Below, piece after piece: positions 23,510 through 31,646 of a stretch of 46,473 nt of DNA (position 1 is its first letter; each line of letters begins with the position of its first letter). Source of the DNA: Gemmatimonadales bacterium (lineage in GTDB: Bacteria; Gemmatimonadota; Gemmatimonadetes; Gemmatimonadales; GWC2-71-9). The DNA is taken from positions 1 to 46,473 of the forward strand of contig JBOHSA010000104.1 of the NCBI GenBank assembly GCA_050732995.1, written 5' to 3'. The notes beneath the pieces are model-generated. The model ran no database searches. It saw only the letters and a program-made list of their open reading frames with translations, and had not been told where the DNA came from. The position numbers were made by a program, and so were the translations under genes.

Positions 23510-24352
23510 CTAGGCCTTGACCCGGTCCTCTTTCCGTCCGACGGGGAACGACTCTCCCGACGCCTTCTGGGGCAGGGCGGGCGTCGAGGTCGCGGGCGCG
23601 GCCTCCTTGCGGCCCATGGTCTCGAGGAACCCCCGAAAGAAATCGATGGGGATCGGGAAGAACGTCGTCGAGTTGTTCTCGGACGAGATCTCGGTCACGG
23701 TCTGGAGGTAGCGGAGCTGGATCGCCACGGGCTCGGCCCCGATCACGTGGGCCGCCATCGCCAGCTTCTCCGACGCTTGCAGCTCGCCCTCGGCGTTGAT
23801 GACCTTAGCCCGCCGCTCCCGCTCGGCCTCCGCTTGCCGCGCCATCGCGCGCTTCATCTCGGGGGGCAGATCCACGTCTTTCACCTCGACCGCCCCCACC
23901 TCCACGCCCCAGTCCTCGGTGCGCTTGTCGATGATCTCCTTCAGAATGGCATTGATCTTGTCACGGTTGGCCAGCAGCTCGTCGAGCTGCGTCTCGCCCA
24001 GCACCGAGCGCAGGGTCGTCTGCGCCAGCTGGCTCGTGGCGTACAGATAGTTCTCGACGCCGATCACCGCCTTCACAGGGTCCTTCGCCCGCATGTAGAG
24101 CACGGCGTTGACTTTAAGAGAGATGTTGTCGCGCGTGATGACGTCTTGCGGCGGGATATCCATGGCCAGCACGCGGAGCGACACCTTCTGCATCTTGCTG
24201 AGGATGGGGGGCAGGAAGATGAGTCCCGGGCCCTTGGCGCCCCAGGAACGGCCGAGGAAGAAATACACCCCGCGCTCGTACTCGCGCAGCACGCGCAGCC
24301 CGCTCACGAGGTAGAGGGCGACGACGGCGAGTCCGGTGAGCAGCAGGTCCAT
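23510..24352 (-). CDS. SPFH/Band 7 (stomatin-like, slipin) membrane protein
   Basis: N-terminal TM helix, then the canonical SPFH sequence ([14 protein letters not shown]...[11 protein letters not shown]...[30 protein letters not shown]...[15 protein letters not shown]). GAGGAGG lies upstream. Confidence 0.9.
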   Translation of the reverse strand: MDLLLTGLAVVALYLVSGLRVLREYERGVYFFLGRSWGAKGPGLIFLPPILSKMQKVSLRVLAMDIPPQDVITRDNISLKVNAVLYMRAKDPVKAVIGVENYLYATSQLAQTTLRSVLGETQLDELLANRDKINAILKEIIDKRTEDWGVEVGAVEVKDVDLPPEMKRAMARQAEAERERRAKVINAEGELQASEKLAMAAHVIGAEPVAIQLRYLQTVTEISSENNSTTFFPIPIDFFRGFLETMGRKEAAPATSTPALPQKASGESFPVGRKEDRVKA

Positions 24353-24361
24353 GTCGCCTCC

Positions 24362-25564
24362 TCAGGCGGGGTAGGCTTCGACGATGACGGCGGCGCCCTG
24401 GCCGCCCCCGATGCAGGCGGACCCCAGCCCGTAGCGCCGCTTCGCGCGCCCCAGCGCGTGGAGCAGGTGGATCGTGATCCGGGTGCCGCTCGCCGCCAGG
24501 GGGTGACCGATGGCGATCGCTCCGCCGTGCACGTTGGTCCGGGCGCGATCGAGCCCGAGCTCCTTCTCCACCGCCAGGTACTGCGGCGCGAACGCCTCGT
24601 TCACCTCGACGAGATCCATCTGCTCGAGTTTCAGGCCGGCCTTCTGGAGTGCCTTGCGGGCGGCGGGCGCCGGGCCGATGCCCATGTACTTCGGCTCGAC
24701 CCCCGCCACCGCCCACGCGACCAGGCGGCCCAGCGGCTTCAGGCCGTGGGCCTTGGCGTACTCCGCGCTCGCGATCACGGTCGCGGCCGCCCCGTCGCAG
24801 ATCCCGGAGGCGTTGCCGGCCGTCACCAGTCCGTCCTTCTTGAAGTAGGGCTTCAGGCCGAGCAGCGCGTCGAGCGTCGTCTCCGGCCGCATGTGCTCGT
24901 CCGCGCGGAACTCGACTTCCTTACCCTTGACCTTGACCGGTACCGGAACGACTTCGTCCTGGAACACGCAGTCGTCCCAGGCCTTCTTCGCGCGCTGCTG
25001 CGAGGCGAGGGCGACTTCATCCACTTCCTTGCGCGTGAGCCGGTACTTCTCGGCCAGGTTTTCGGCGGTCTCGGCCATGGACAGGCCGCACTGCGGGTCC
25101 TTCAGGGCCTCCCACAGGAGGTCCTCCAGTGGGGCGGGGCCGAGGCGCAGGCCCCAGCGCGCGCCGCGCACCACGTGCGGCGCCTGGCTCATCGACTCCG
25201 CTCCGCCGGCGAGGACGGCGTCCGCCTCGCCGAGCAGGATCAGCTGGGCGCCCTGCGTGATCGCCTCGAAGCCCGAGCCGCACAACCGGTTGACGGTGAC
25301 GGCGGGGACTTCGATCGGCAGCCCCGCCTTGAGGCCGACGTGGCGCGCGCAGTAGATCGCGTCGGCCGAAGTCTGGAGCGCGTTGCCGAACACGGTATGG
25401 CCGATCTCGGCCGCGGGGACGCCGGAGCGCTGCAGCGCGTGGCGGGCGGCCACGGCGCCGAGCTCGTTGGCCGACTGGTCCTTGAGCGAGCCGCCGAAGG
25501 AGCCGAAACCGGTCCGGACCCCGGAGAGGAAGACGACGTCGGTACGGGCGCCCTGGGTTGTCAT
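24362..25564 (-). CDS. Acetyl-CoA C-acetyltransferase (thiolase II)
   Basis: Thiolase motifs are present: VNRLCGSGFEA (active-site Cys), NASGICDGAAA, VHGGAIAIGHPLAASG, GLGSACIGGGQGAA. Confidence 0.92.
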   Translation of the reverse strand: MTTQGARTDVVFLSGVRTGFGSFGGSLKDQSANELGAVAARHALQRSGVPAAEIGHTVFGNALQTSADAIYCARHVGLKAGLPIEVPAVTVNRLCGSGFEAITQGAQLILLGEADAVLAGGAESMSQAPHVVRGARWGLRLGPAPLEDLLWEALKDPQCGLSMAETAENLAEKYRLTRKEVDEVALASQQRAKKAWDDCVFQDEVVPVPVKVKGKEVEFRADEHMRPETTLDALLGLKPYFKKDGLVTAGNASGICDGAAATVIASAEYAKAHGLKPLGRLVAWAVAGVEPKYMGIGPAPAARKALQKAGLKLEQMDLVEVNEAFAPQYLAVEKELGLDRARTNVHGGAIAIGHPLAASGTRITIHLLHALGRAKRRYGLGSACIGGGQGAAVIVEAYPA

Positions 25565-25645
25565 GGGAGAGGCTCCGCGGTATTGGGACTACAGAGGGCG
25601 GAATATGGGCAGGCGTGCCAGGTGACGGTAGGGCGGGGAGTGCCG

Positions 25646-26674
25646 CTACACCGCCGCGGCCACCGCTTCCGCCACCTCCCGCGTCCCCGCCGTCCCGCCC
25701 AGGTCTCGCGTCCGCACTCCCGCCGCCAGCACCTGCCGGACCGCCCGCTCGAGGTCGCGCGCCGCCTCCGGGTGGCCGAGTTGCTCGAGCATCAGGGCCC
25801 CGGTGAGCACCGCCGCCATCGGGTTGGCGACCCCTTTGCCGGCGAGCGGCGGCGCCGAGCCGTGCACCGGCTCGAATAGTCCGGGCCGGCCGGGGTGGAG
25901 GTTGGCGCTCGCGGCGAGCCCCAGCCCGCCCACGAGCCCGGCGCCCAGGTCCGAGAGAATGTCGCCGTACAGATTGTTCGTCACGATCACCTGGAACCGG
26001 TCCGGCTCCCGCACCAGCGCCAGCGCCAGCGCGTCCACGTACCGGTGCTCCGCGGTGATCCCGGCGTACTCGGCCGCCACGGCCGCGAACTTTTCCTGCC
26101 AGATCCGGTGCGCCGGCACGGCGTTGGACTTGTCGCTCATCGTGACGCGGGTTTTGCCGTGCTTCCTGGCCCAGGTGAACGCCGCCCGAATGATGCGCTC
26201 CACGCCCCGCGCCGTGTTCACCTCCTCGGCCACGTACTCCTCGCCTTCAATGCGGCCCCGGCCGAGGTAGACACCCTCGGTGTTCTCGCGGAAGATCACG
26301 AGGTCGATCAGCGGCGACGTCTTGAGCGGAGTCAGGTCCGGGTGCAGGAGCTGCACGGGTCGGAAGTTGATGTACAAGTCCAACCGGAAGCGCAGGCCCA
26401 GCAGGATATCCCGCGCGTGCTCGTTGCCTGGGACGCGGGGATCGCCCAGCGCGCCGAGGAGAATGGCGTCGACGTCGTTCCGGAGGTGCCGGAACGCGCC
26501 CTCGGGTAGGGTTTCCTTGGTCCGCAGGTAGTGAGCGGCCGAGTAGGGGAGGCGCTCAAGGGCGAGCGCGACGCCGTGCTTCGACGCCGCGCGTTGGATG
26601 GGCCCGAGCGCCGCGTCGATCACCTCGGGCCCGATGCCGTCGCCGGGGACGACGGCGATGCGGTAGCCCGTCAC
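25646..26674 (-). CDS. Isocitrate/isopropylmalate dehydrogenase family protein (LeuB / tartrate dehydrogenase-like)
   Basis: YRIAVVPGDGIGPEV..., LLGALGDP, NFRPV, VIFRENTEGVY, NLYGDILSDL, GLAASANL..FEPVHGSAP. The GTG at 26674 overlaps the upstream TGA (GTGA at 26671-26674). Confidence 0.85.
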   Translation of the reverse strand: MTGYRIAVVPGDGIGPEVIDAALGPIQRAASKHGVALALERLPYSAAHYLRTKETLPEGAFRHLRNDVDAILLGALGDPRVPGNEHARDILLGLRFRLDLYINFRPVQLLHPDLTPLKTSPLIDLVIFRENTEGVYLGRGRIEGEEYVAEEVNTARGVERIIRAAFTWARKHGKTRVTMSDKSNAVPAHRIWQEKFAAVAAEYAGITAEHRYVDALALALVREPDRFQVIVTNNLYGDILSDLGAGLVGGLGLAASANLHPGRPGLFEPVHGSAPPLAGKGVANPMAAVLTGALMLEQLGHPEAARDLERAVRQVLAAGVRTRDLGGTAGTREVAEAVAAAV

Positions 26675-27363
26675 TCGAAGCCGGTGGCCCGGCCGCAGCT
26701 GACGCAGTACACCCAGCCCACGTCCACCTCGCTGCCGCACGCGGGGCATTTGAGCTCGCCCGAGGGTGGCTGCCCGCAGTGCGGACAGAAGTTCACCTTG
26801 CGATCGGTCGGCACGCTGCCGCCACAGTAGGGACACTGGCCGGGCGCCGGCCCGTCCGTCTGCTCGGCCAGCGCGAACGGCGCCGCGGAGGAGGAGGGGG
26901 GTAGGGGAGGGGTGAGGGGGAAGGGGGAAGGCGGCACGGGATTCTCGCCGGTCCAGCTCGCCGGCTCCTCGGGCTCCGTCTCGCCCTCCGGGGGCGGTGG
27001 TTCGGGGGCGTACGCGCGGTCGCCGCGGAGGAACCGCTCCGCCGCCATGCGGTTGATCATCACGCGCGCGTCGGGGAAGTTCCGGAAGAACGCGGTGTCG
27101 GGGTTCACCGCGGCGATTTCGCGCTGCATCGCCTCCCGCACGTCGTCGGGCTCCAGGCGCGCGTACCCCCGCTCCCCCGCGAGCAGCCGCAGCACCGTCA
27201 TCTCGTAGTCCTGGTGCGACGCGACTTTGAGCTGCGAGCGGTTGGAGCGGTACGGCACCAGGCGCTCGAACACTTCCCCCGCCGGGAAGGGCACGGCGAG
27301 CCGGGCATCCCGCGCCAGCACCTGCACCAGGCGCTCGAACAGGCGATCCAGCTCGTCGGCCAT
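26671..27363 (-). CDS. Hypothetical protein with C-terminal double zinc-ribbon
   Basis: C-terminal CPYCGG...CPHCG...CPACG...CVSCG (four CxxC pairs). The N-terminal domain of about 110 aa is unrecognised. A Pro-rich linker is encoded by a G-rich plus-strand tract. Confidence 0.55.
   Translation of the reverse strand: MADELDRLFERLVQVLARDARLAVPFPAGEVFERLVPYRSNRSQLKVASHQDYEMTVLRLLAGERGYARLEPDDVREAMQREIAAVNPDTAFFRNFPDARVMINRMAAERFLRGDRAYAPEPPPPEGETEPEEPASWTGENPVPPSPFPLTPPLPPSSSAAPFALAEQTDGPAPGQCPYCGGSVPTDRKVNFCPHCGQPPSGELKCPACGSEVDVGWVYCVSCGRATGFE
26888..26932 (+). repeat. G-rich tract (GGAGGAGGAGGGGGGTAGGGGAGGGGTGAGGGGGAAGGGGGAAGG), strong G4-type motif on the non-coding strand
   Basis: Read directly. 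It has six runs of G4 or longer and encodes the PSPFPLTPPLPPSSS linker on the minus strand. Confidence 0.8.
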
Positions 27364-27377
27364 CTACGCTTCCCGCT

Positions 27378-28427
27378 TCATCTGACGATCACCACGCCCT
27401 TCATGTAGGGGTGCGGAGTGCAGTGGTACTCGTAGGTCCCGCGTCGGTCGAACCGCACCGTGAAACTCCCCTTCGCCGGCAGCAGTCCCGAGCTCGTGGC
27501 GCCGCTGACGAACGTCACCGTGTGGTCCACCGGGTCCTCGTTGGTCCAGCGCACGGCCTGGCCCGCGGCGATGGTGATCGTGTCGGTCCGGAACCGGAAG
27601 GCGTTGATGCGCACCTCGGCCGCGACGCCCGGTTCGGCGGCGGGCGGGACGCCCGCGCGGCCGCCCTTAAACCACGGGCTGAACCGCTTCAGGTGGAGTG
27701 GAATGGTGAACTCGAAGCCGTACAGCGGCTTCTTCGTACCGAGCCGGAAGAGCCCCTCCCGCGAGCTCCCCTGAATCGTGTTCACGTCGACGTTGCTCAC
27801 GTGCAGGGAGAACGTGTGCGGCGATCCCGGGATCACGAAGAGCAGGCCGCCGCTCCACGCGGGATCCTCACCGGGATCGGGATTGACCAGGCTCGCGAAG
27901 TCGCCGGCAAGGGCGACGAAGTCGTTGAGCAGCAGCACGGCGCCGCCGGCGAGGGCGCCCCGGGAGCGGTCCTCGCCGTAGGCCTGAGTCATGGCGCGGG
28001 CCGCGGCGACGAGGGTGAGCCGGCCGCGGGTCCAGTCGGCGCTCAGCTCGCCGTCGAAGCTCTGCGCCGCGCTGTTGAACGCCGGCGTCACGGACACCCG
28101 CACTGGACGCGACCCGCCGAGCACCTGCCACCGGCCGTAGAACTCGGTTTCGTTCGTTTCGCCGAGCACCTCCGAGCGGGTCGAGTAGCGCAGGCCCAGC
28201 GCGAGGCGCGACGGCAGGCCGACCGCGAGCGTGAAGGTCGGGTAATTCACGACCGACTTGGCCGGGCCGGGCGTCACCCAGAACCGATGCAAGAAGTCGA
28301 AGCGGACGACGCCGTCGTCCGGGACCCACGTGCCCCCGAGGTTCGGGGGCCGGTCGAGCAAGGTCTGGGCGGGGAGAGACGAGACCGCGAGCGCCGCGAC
28401 TGCGCCGACGAGAGTCAGAACGCGCAT
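27378..28427 (-). CDS. Secreted beta-rich (barrel-like) domain fused to an amicyanin-type cupredoxin
   Basis: Signal peptide MRVLTLVGAVAALAVSSLPAQ. The C-terminal roughly 90 aa has type-1 copper ligands in the amicyanin arrangement (..DHTVTF.. and GTYEYHCTPHPYMKGVVIVR). The N-terminal roughly 250 aa is beta-strand rich with an HRF motif (DUF5777-like; low confidence). Confidence 0.7.
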   Translation of the reverse strand: MRVLTLVGAVAALAVSSLPAQTLLDRPPNLGGTWVPDDGVVRFDFLHRFWVTPGPAKSVVNYPTFTLAVGLPSRLALGLRYSTRSEVLGETNETEFYGRWQVLGGSRPVRVSVTPAFNSAAQSFDGELSADWTRGRLTLVAAARAMTQAYGEDRSRGALAGGAVLLLNDFVALAGDFASLVNPDPGEDPAWSGGLLFVIPGSPHTFSLHVSNVDVNTIQGSSREGLFRLGTKKPLYGFEFTIPLHLKRFSPWFKGGRAGVPPAAEPGVAAEVRINAFRFRTDTITIAAGQAVRWTNEDPVDHTVTFVSGATSSGLLPAKGSFTVRFDRRGTYEYHCTPHPYMKGVVIVR

Positions 28428-28466
28428 GGGACGAACCTCGGAGTGGGAAAGCGTGGAATCTACGAC

Positions 28467-28970
28467 CTAGCGCCATTCGCGCACCCACCGGTCGTACAGC
28501 ACGGGCGCGACGCCCCCCTGGGCGAGCACCTCGACGCCGGACGGGTCGCGGTAGGCCTTGCGGTAGAACACGTGCGTGACGCCCGAGTTGATGATCAGCT
28601 TGGCGCACAGGACGCAGGGCGAGGCGCTGACGAACACCACCTTGTCCCGCACGCTGCCCGGCGCCTTCACCAGGGCGTTCATCTCGGAGTGGATGCACCC
28701 GCAGCTACCCGGCACGCTCGAGTCGCACCGGTTGGGCAGCCCGCGCGCGTTGCCGTTGTAGCCGATCGCCAGCACGTTCTCCAGCGACTGGTCGGTCACC
28801 ACCGTGCCCACCCGGAGTCGCGCGCAGGTCGATCGCTTGGCGAGCTCTTCGGCCATCCGCATGTACACCTCGTACAGCGGGATCCGCTCCACGGCGGGCG
28901 GGGTTGCGCCGTTCGGCAACAGGTTGAGCGGGTGCGTATTGGCGGGCACGCCGTCCTTAAAGACGCTCAT
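28467..28970 (-). CDS. Deoxycytidylate (dCMP) deaminase
   Basis: CDA zinc motifs HSEMNAL and SPCVLCAKLIINSG, in ComEB/dCMP deaminase-like context. It overlaps rnhA by 14 nt. Confidence 0.85.
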   Translation of the reverse strand: MSVFKDGVPANTHPLNLLPNGATPPAVERIPLYEVYMRMAEELAKRSTCARLRVGTVVTDQSLENVLAIGYNGNARGLPNRCDSSVPGSCGCIHSEMNALVKAPGSVRDKVVFVSASPCVLCAKLIINSGVTHVFYRKAYRDPSGVEVLAQGGVAPVLYDRWVREWR

Positions 28971-29559
28971 GCAGATCCCGGTCGGGGTCGTACAGCGCGT
29001 ATTTGCCGCGCGCGCGCTGCTGGGCGAGCCAGGTGTCGAAGCCGGATGGGACCAGGCCGTTCGAGCGCTCCTGGCGCTCGGCCGCGCGGATCGCGAGGTC
29101 GTTGGCGTACTCGTTCTTGGGGTGGCCGGCGTGGCCTTCCACCCAGTGCCAGCTCACCTCGTGTGCCACCGCCGCCTGGACCAGTTTCTGCCACAGCTCG
29201 AGGTTTTCGATGACGCCGCCCTTGCGCTTCCAGCCGCGGCTCTGCCAGTCCCGCACCCACACGCTCATGCCTTTCACCAGGTACTCCGAGTCGGACACGT
29301 AGATCACCCGGGCATGGTTCCACTGACGCCGGAGCCATTCGAGCGTCGCGATCGCCCCGGCCAGCGCCATGCGGTTGTTGGTGGTCTGCGGCGCGCACTC
29401 GTACAGGTCCCAGCGCGCGACGCTGTCGCCCGCGCGGGCCTCGACCAGGGCGGCGTTCCCGCCGGGGCTGGGCTTCGAGCGGTCGTTGCCCAGGCAGCTC
29501 TCGTCGGCGTGGACCAACACCACCGGCGGGGCGGGGGGGGCGGGGGGAGGCACCGCCAA
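28957..29559 (-). CDS. rnhA: Ribonuclease HI with C-terminal extension
   Basis: VLVHADESCLGN...GG.A...TNNRMALAGAIATLE...IYVSDSEYLVKGM..W...W..RGWK......NLELWQKL......V.WHWVEGHAGHPKNEYANDLA, with the catalytic D/E/D/D positions present. The track start (TTG 29559) translates a C-rich tract as AVPPPAPPAPP. The true start may be the GTG at 29523/29520. Confidence 0.85.
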   Translation of the reverse strand: MAVPPPAPPAPPVVLVHADESCLGNDRSKPSPGGNAALVEARAGDSVARWDLYECAPQTTNNRMALAGAIATLEWLRRQWNHARVIYVSDSEYLVKGMSVWVRDWQSRGWKRKGGVIENLELWQKLVQAAVAHEVSWHWVEGHAGHPKNEYANDLAIRAAERQERSNGLVPSGFDTWLAQQRARGKYALYDPDRDLHERL

Positions 29560-30315
29560 CTAGGGCTGAACGACCACGGGCAGGTCGGTATGGATCAGGA
29601 TCTGCTCCGCGTGCGACACGACCACGGGACTGGGCCGGCCCGGCAGCTCCCGGTACACGTGGGCCCCGGCGAACAGCGCGTCGCAGCCGGTGCGCCGGAT
29701 CACCTGGGCCACGACCTCCCCCGGAGGCCCGGACTCGACGTGGGTGGCGAACGCCACGCCGCCGAGCGACAGCGCCGCCTCCGCCACGCCGACGATCCGC
29801 AGCCCCTCCTGGGGATCGTCGTTGGCATGAATGACGTGCACGGTGCTCCCCGTGATTCCCGCGAAGCGCACCGCGAGGTCGAGCGCCCGCTTGCTCGCCT
29901 CGCGGCCGTCGAACGCGACGGCGCAGACCCGCATGGGGGAGACCTGGCTGCCGCAGACGATCACGCACCGCTCGGCAATGCGGACCAGCGAGGCGACCGT
30001 GGGGCCGAGGGCGTCGCCCGCCGTCACGCGTCCCCGCCGACCGACGAGCACCCCGTCCGCGTCCCGCGCCAACTCCGCGAGGACGACATCCGGGTCGCCC
30101 GGTCGCTCGATCGACTCGTGGGCGACGCCCGCCGCGTCCGCCCGCGCGTCAGCCCGCTCGAGCAGCGCGCCGGCCTCCGTGCCTACGGTGCCCCGCTCGC
30201 GCACATGGGCCAGGACCAAGGTCGCGCGGAACCGATGCCCCAGGTCGATCGCCTGGTCGAGCGCGACGTCCGCCGCGCGGCTGCCGTCAAGGCCGACGAG
30301 GAGTCGCGTGAACAT
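29560..30315 (-). CDS. Universal stress protein (tandem USP domains)
   Basis: Two repeats of the USP pattern are present (..LLVGLDGS..A...A..LA......L.L.HV ... G.P...I........D.LV.G; second half CAVAFDGREAS..AL..A...A......V.H). Length 251 aa. Confidence 0.7.
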   Translation of the reverse strand: MFTRLLVGLDGSRAADVALDQAIDLGHRFRATLVLAHVRERGTVGTEAGALLERADARADAAGVAHESIERPGDPDVVLAELARDADGVLVGRRGRVTAGDALGPTVASLVRIAERCVIVCGSQVSPMRVCAVAFDGREASKRALDLAVRFAGITGSTVHVIHANDDPQEGLRIVGVAEAALSLGGVAFATHVESGPPGEVVAQVIRRTGCDALFAGAHVYRELPGRPSPVVVSHAEQILIHTDLPVVVQP

Positions 30316-30551
30316 CAGGGCAGCACCGCGAACGACTGGAGGTCGCGCAACCGGAAGGCGAGCACCTCGCCGGTCATCGGGAGCCGCCCTTCGAGCGTTT
30401 CGTCGCGGTCCACCGTCGCAAGCCGTTCCGCCACGACCACATACTCGGTCCCGCGCCGCCGCAGCGCCACCCGCCGCCGCTCCCGCACCGCGCGCTCCAG
30501 CGCGTCGAGCGCGTCGGGCGTGAGGGCACGGTACTCGGGGATCGTGGTCAT
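30315..30551 (-). CDS. Small hypothetical protein (78 aa) downstream of selD
   Basis: MTTIPEYRALTPDALDALERAV... The ATG at 30551 lies 7 nt after the selD stop, and the stop overlaps the USP start by 1 nt. I recognise no family. Confidence 0.4.
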   Translation of the reverse strand: MTTIPEYRALTPDALDALERAVRERRRVALRRRGTEYVVVAERLATVDRDETLEGRLPMTGEVLAFRLRDLQSFAVLP

Positions 30552-30558
30552 GGGCCGG

Positions 30559-31599
30559 CTAGGTGACGGCAATCCTGCCCGGCTCTCCGGCGGTCACCCG
30601 GCCGATCACCACCGCGGCGGGGGTCGCCTCCCGGTTGAGCGCCGCCAGCAGCGCGGCGACCGCCTCGGGGGCCGCGGCGATCAGCAGGCCGCCGGAGGTC
30701 TGCGCGTCGCACAGGAGCACGCGCTCGGTGTCCGACAGGCCCGGGCCATAGTCCACGTGTGGCGCCAGGCTCTCGAGGTTGCGCTTCGTGCCTCCCGGCA
30801 CCGCGCCACGCTGGACCATCTCGCCCGCCCGCGGCAGGCGCGGGACGTCGCGGGCGACGACTTCGGCGGCGACGCCGCTCGCGCGCAGCAGGTTGTGGAG
30901 GTGCCCCAGCAGCCCGAACCCCGTCACGTCGGTGGCGGCGTGCGCCCCGACCGCGAGCATCGCCCGAGCGGCGCCGGCGTTCAAGGTGGTCATCGCCGTG
31001 ACCGCGGGCGCGAGCTCGGCCTCGGACAGGAGGTCGCGCTTCAGCGCCGTCGTCAGGACCCCGGTGCCGATCGGCTTGGTGAGCACGAGGGCGTCGCCCG
31101 GCCGCGCGCCCGTCACCGTCACCACGCGGGCGGGATGCACCTCGCCGAAGACGACCATGCCGTACTTCGGCTCCGGATCGTCGATCGAGTGCCCGCCGAG
31201 GACGAAGGCGCCGGCCGCGCGGGCGATGTCCGTCCCCCCCCTGAGGACCTCGCCCAGCAGGTCGAGCGGCAGCCGGTCGCGCGGCCAGCCCACGAGATTC
31301 AGCGCGAACAGGGGAGTGGCCCCCATGGCGTACACATCCGAGAAGGCGTTGGCGGCGGCGATCCGGCCGAAGTCGTAGGGGCGGTCGATGATCGGCGTGA
31401 AAAAGTCCACCGTCGCCACGACCGCGCGATCCGGAGCCACCTGGAAGACGGCGGCGTCGTCGCGGGTCGAGGCGTCGACGAGGATCCGAGGATCCGTCGC
31501 GACCGGCACGTGGCGCAAGACCTGCGCCAGCTCGGCGGGGCCGAGCTTGCAGGCTCAGCCTGCGCCGTGCGACAGTGCGGTCAGCCGGATCGAGCTCAT
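30559..31599 (-). CDS. selD: Selenide, water dikinase (selenophosphate synthetase) SelD with in-frame UGA selenocysteine
   Basis: The track ORF (to 31518) starts MRHVPV. Extending the same frame gives MSSIRLTALSHGAG-U-ACKLGPAELAQVLRHVPV..., with TGA at 31557-31555 at exactly the Cys17 position of E. coli SelD (IRLTQYSHGAGCGCK). The rest matches SelD (TRDDAAV, DFFTPIIDRPYDFGRIAAANAFSDVYAMG, GGHSIDDPEPKYG). Total length is 346 aa. Confidence 0.9.
31512..31557 (-). promoter_or_regulatory. UGA(Sec) codon plus candidate SECIS hairpins in selD mRNA
   Basis: The RNA after the UGA is GCCUGCA, then AGCUCGGC-CCC-GCCGAGCU (8-bp stem), then GGCGCA-GGUCU-UGCGCC (6-bp stem). The GGUCU loop resembles the GGUC apical loop of E. 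coli SECIS and lies about 33 nt after the UGA. Confidence 0.6.
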
Positions 31600-31646
31600 G
31601 GGAACGGCGGTGGTCATGCGAAGGAATATACGGAGAACGCCGCGGC

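Noticed and set aside
21758-25879. 1373-aa + strand ORF spanning hbd, SPFH and thiolase on the opposite strand
   Set aside because: It is an antisense shadow with no domains. It starts at a GTG inside repeat element C (MSGAW...). The same artefact creates MSGVW.../MSGVG... ORFs at 17313, 18113 and 19734.
31600-31646. Looked for a tRNA-Sec or other RNA gene next to selD, and for tRNAs/rRNAs in every spacer over 60 nt
   Set aside because: The spacers are too short. None contains a T-loop GTTCRANYC box or a cloverleaf-compatible arm set. No RNA genes are supportable in this window.
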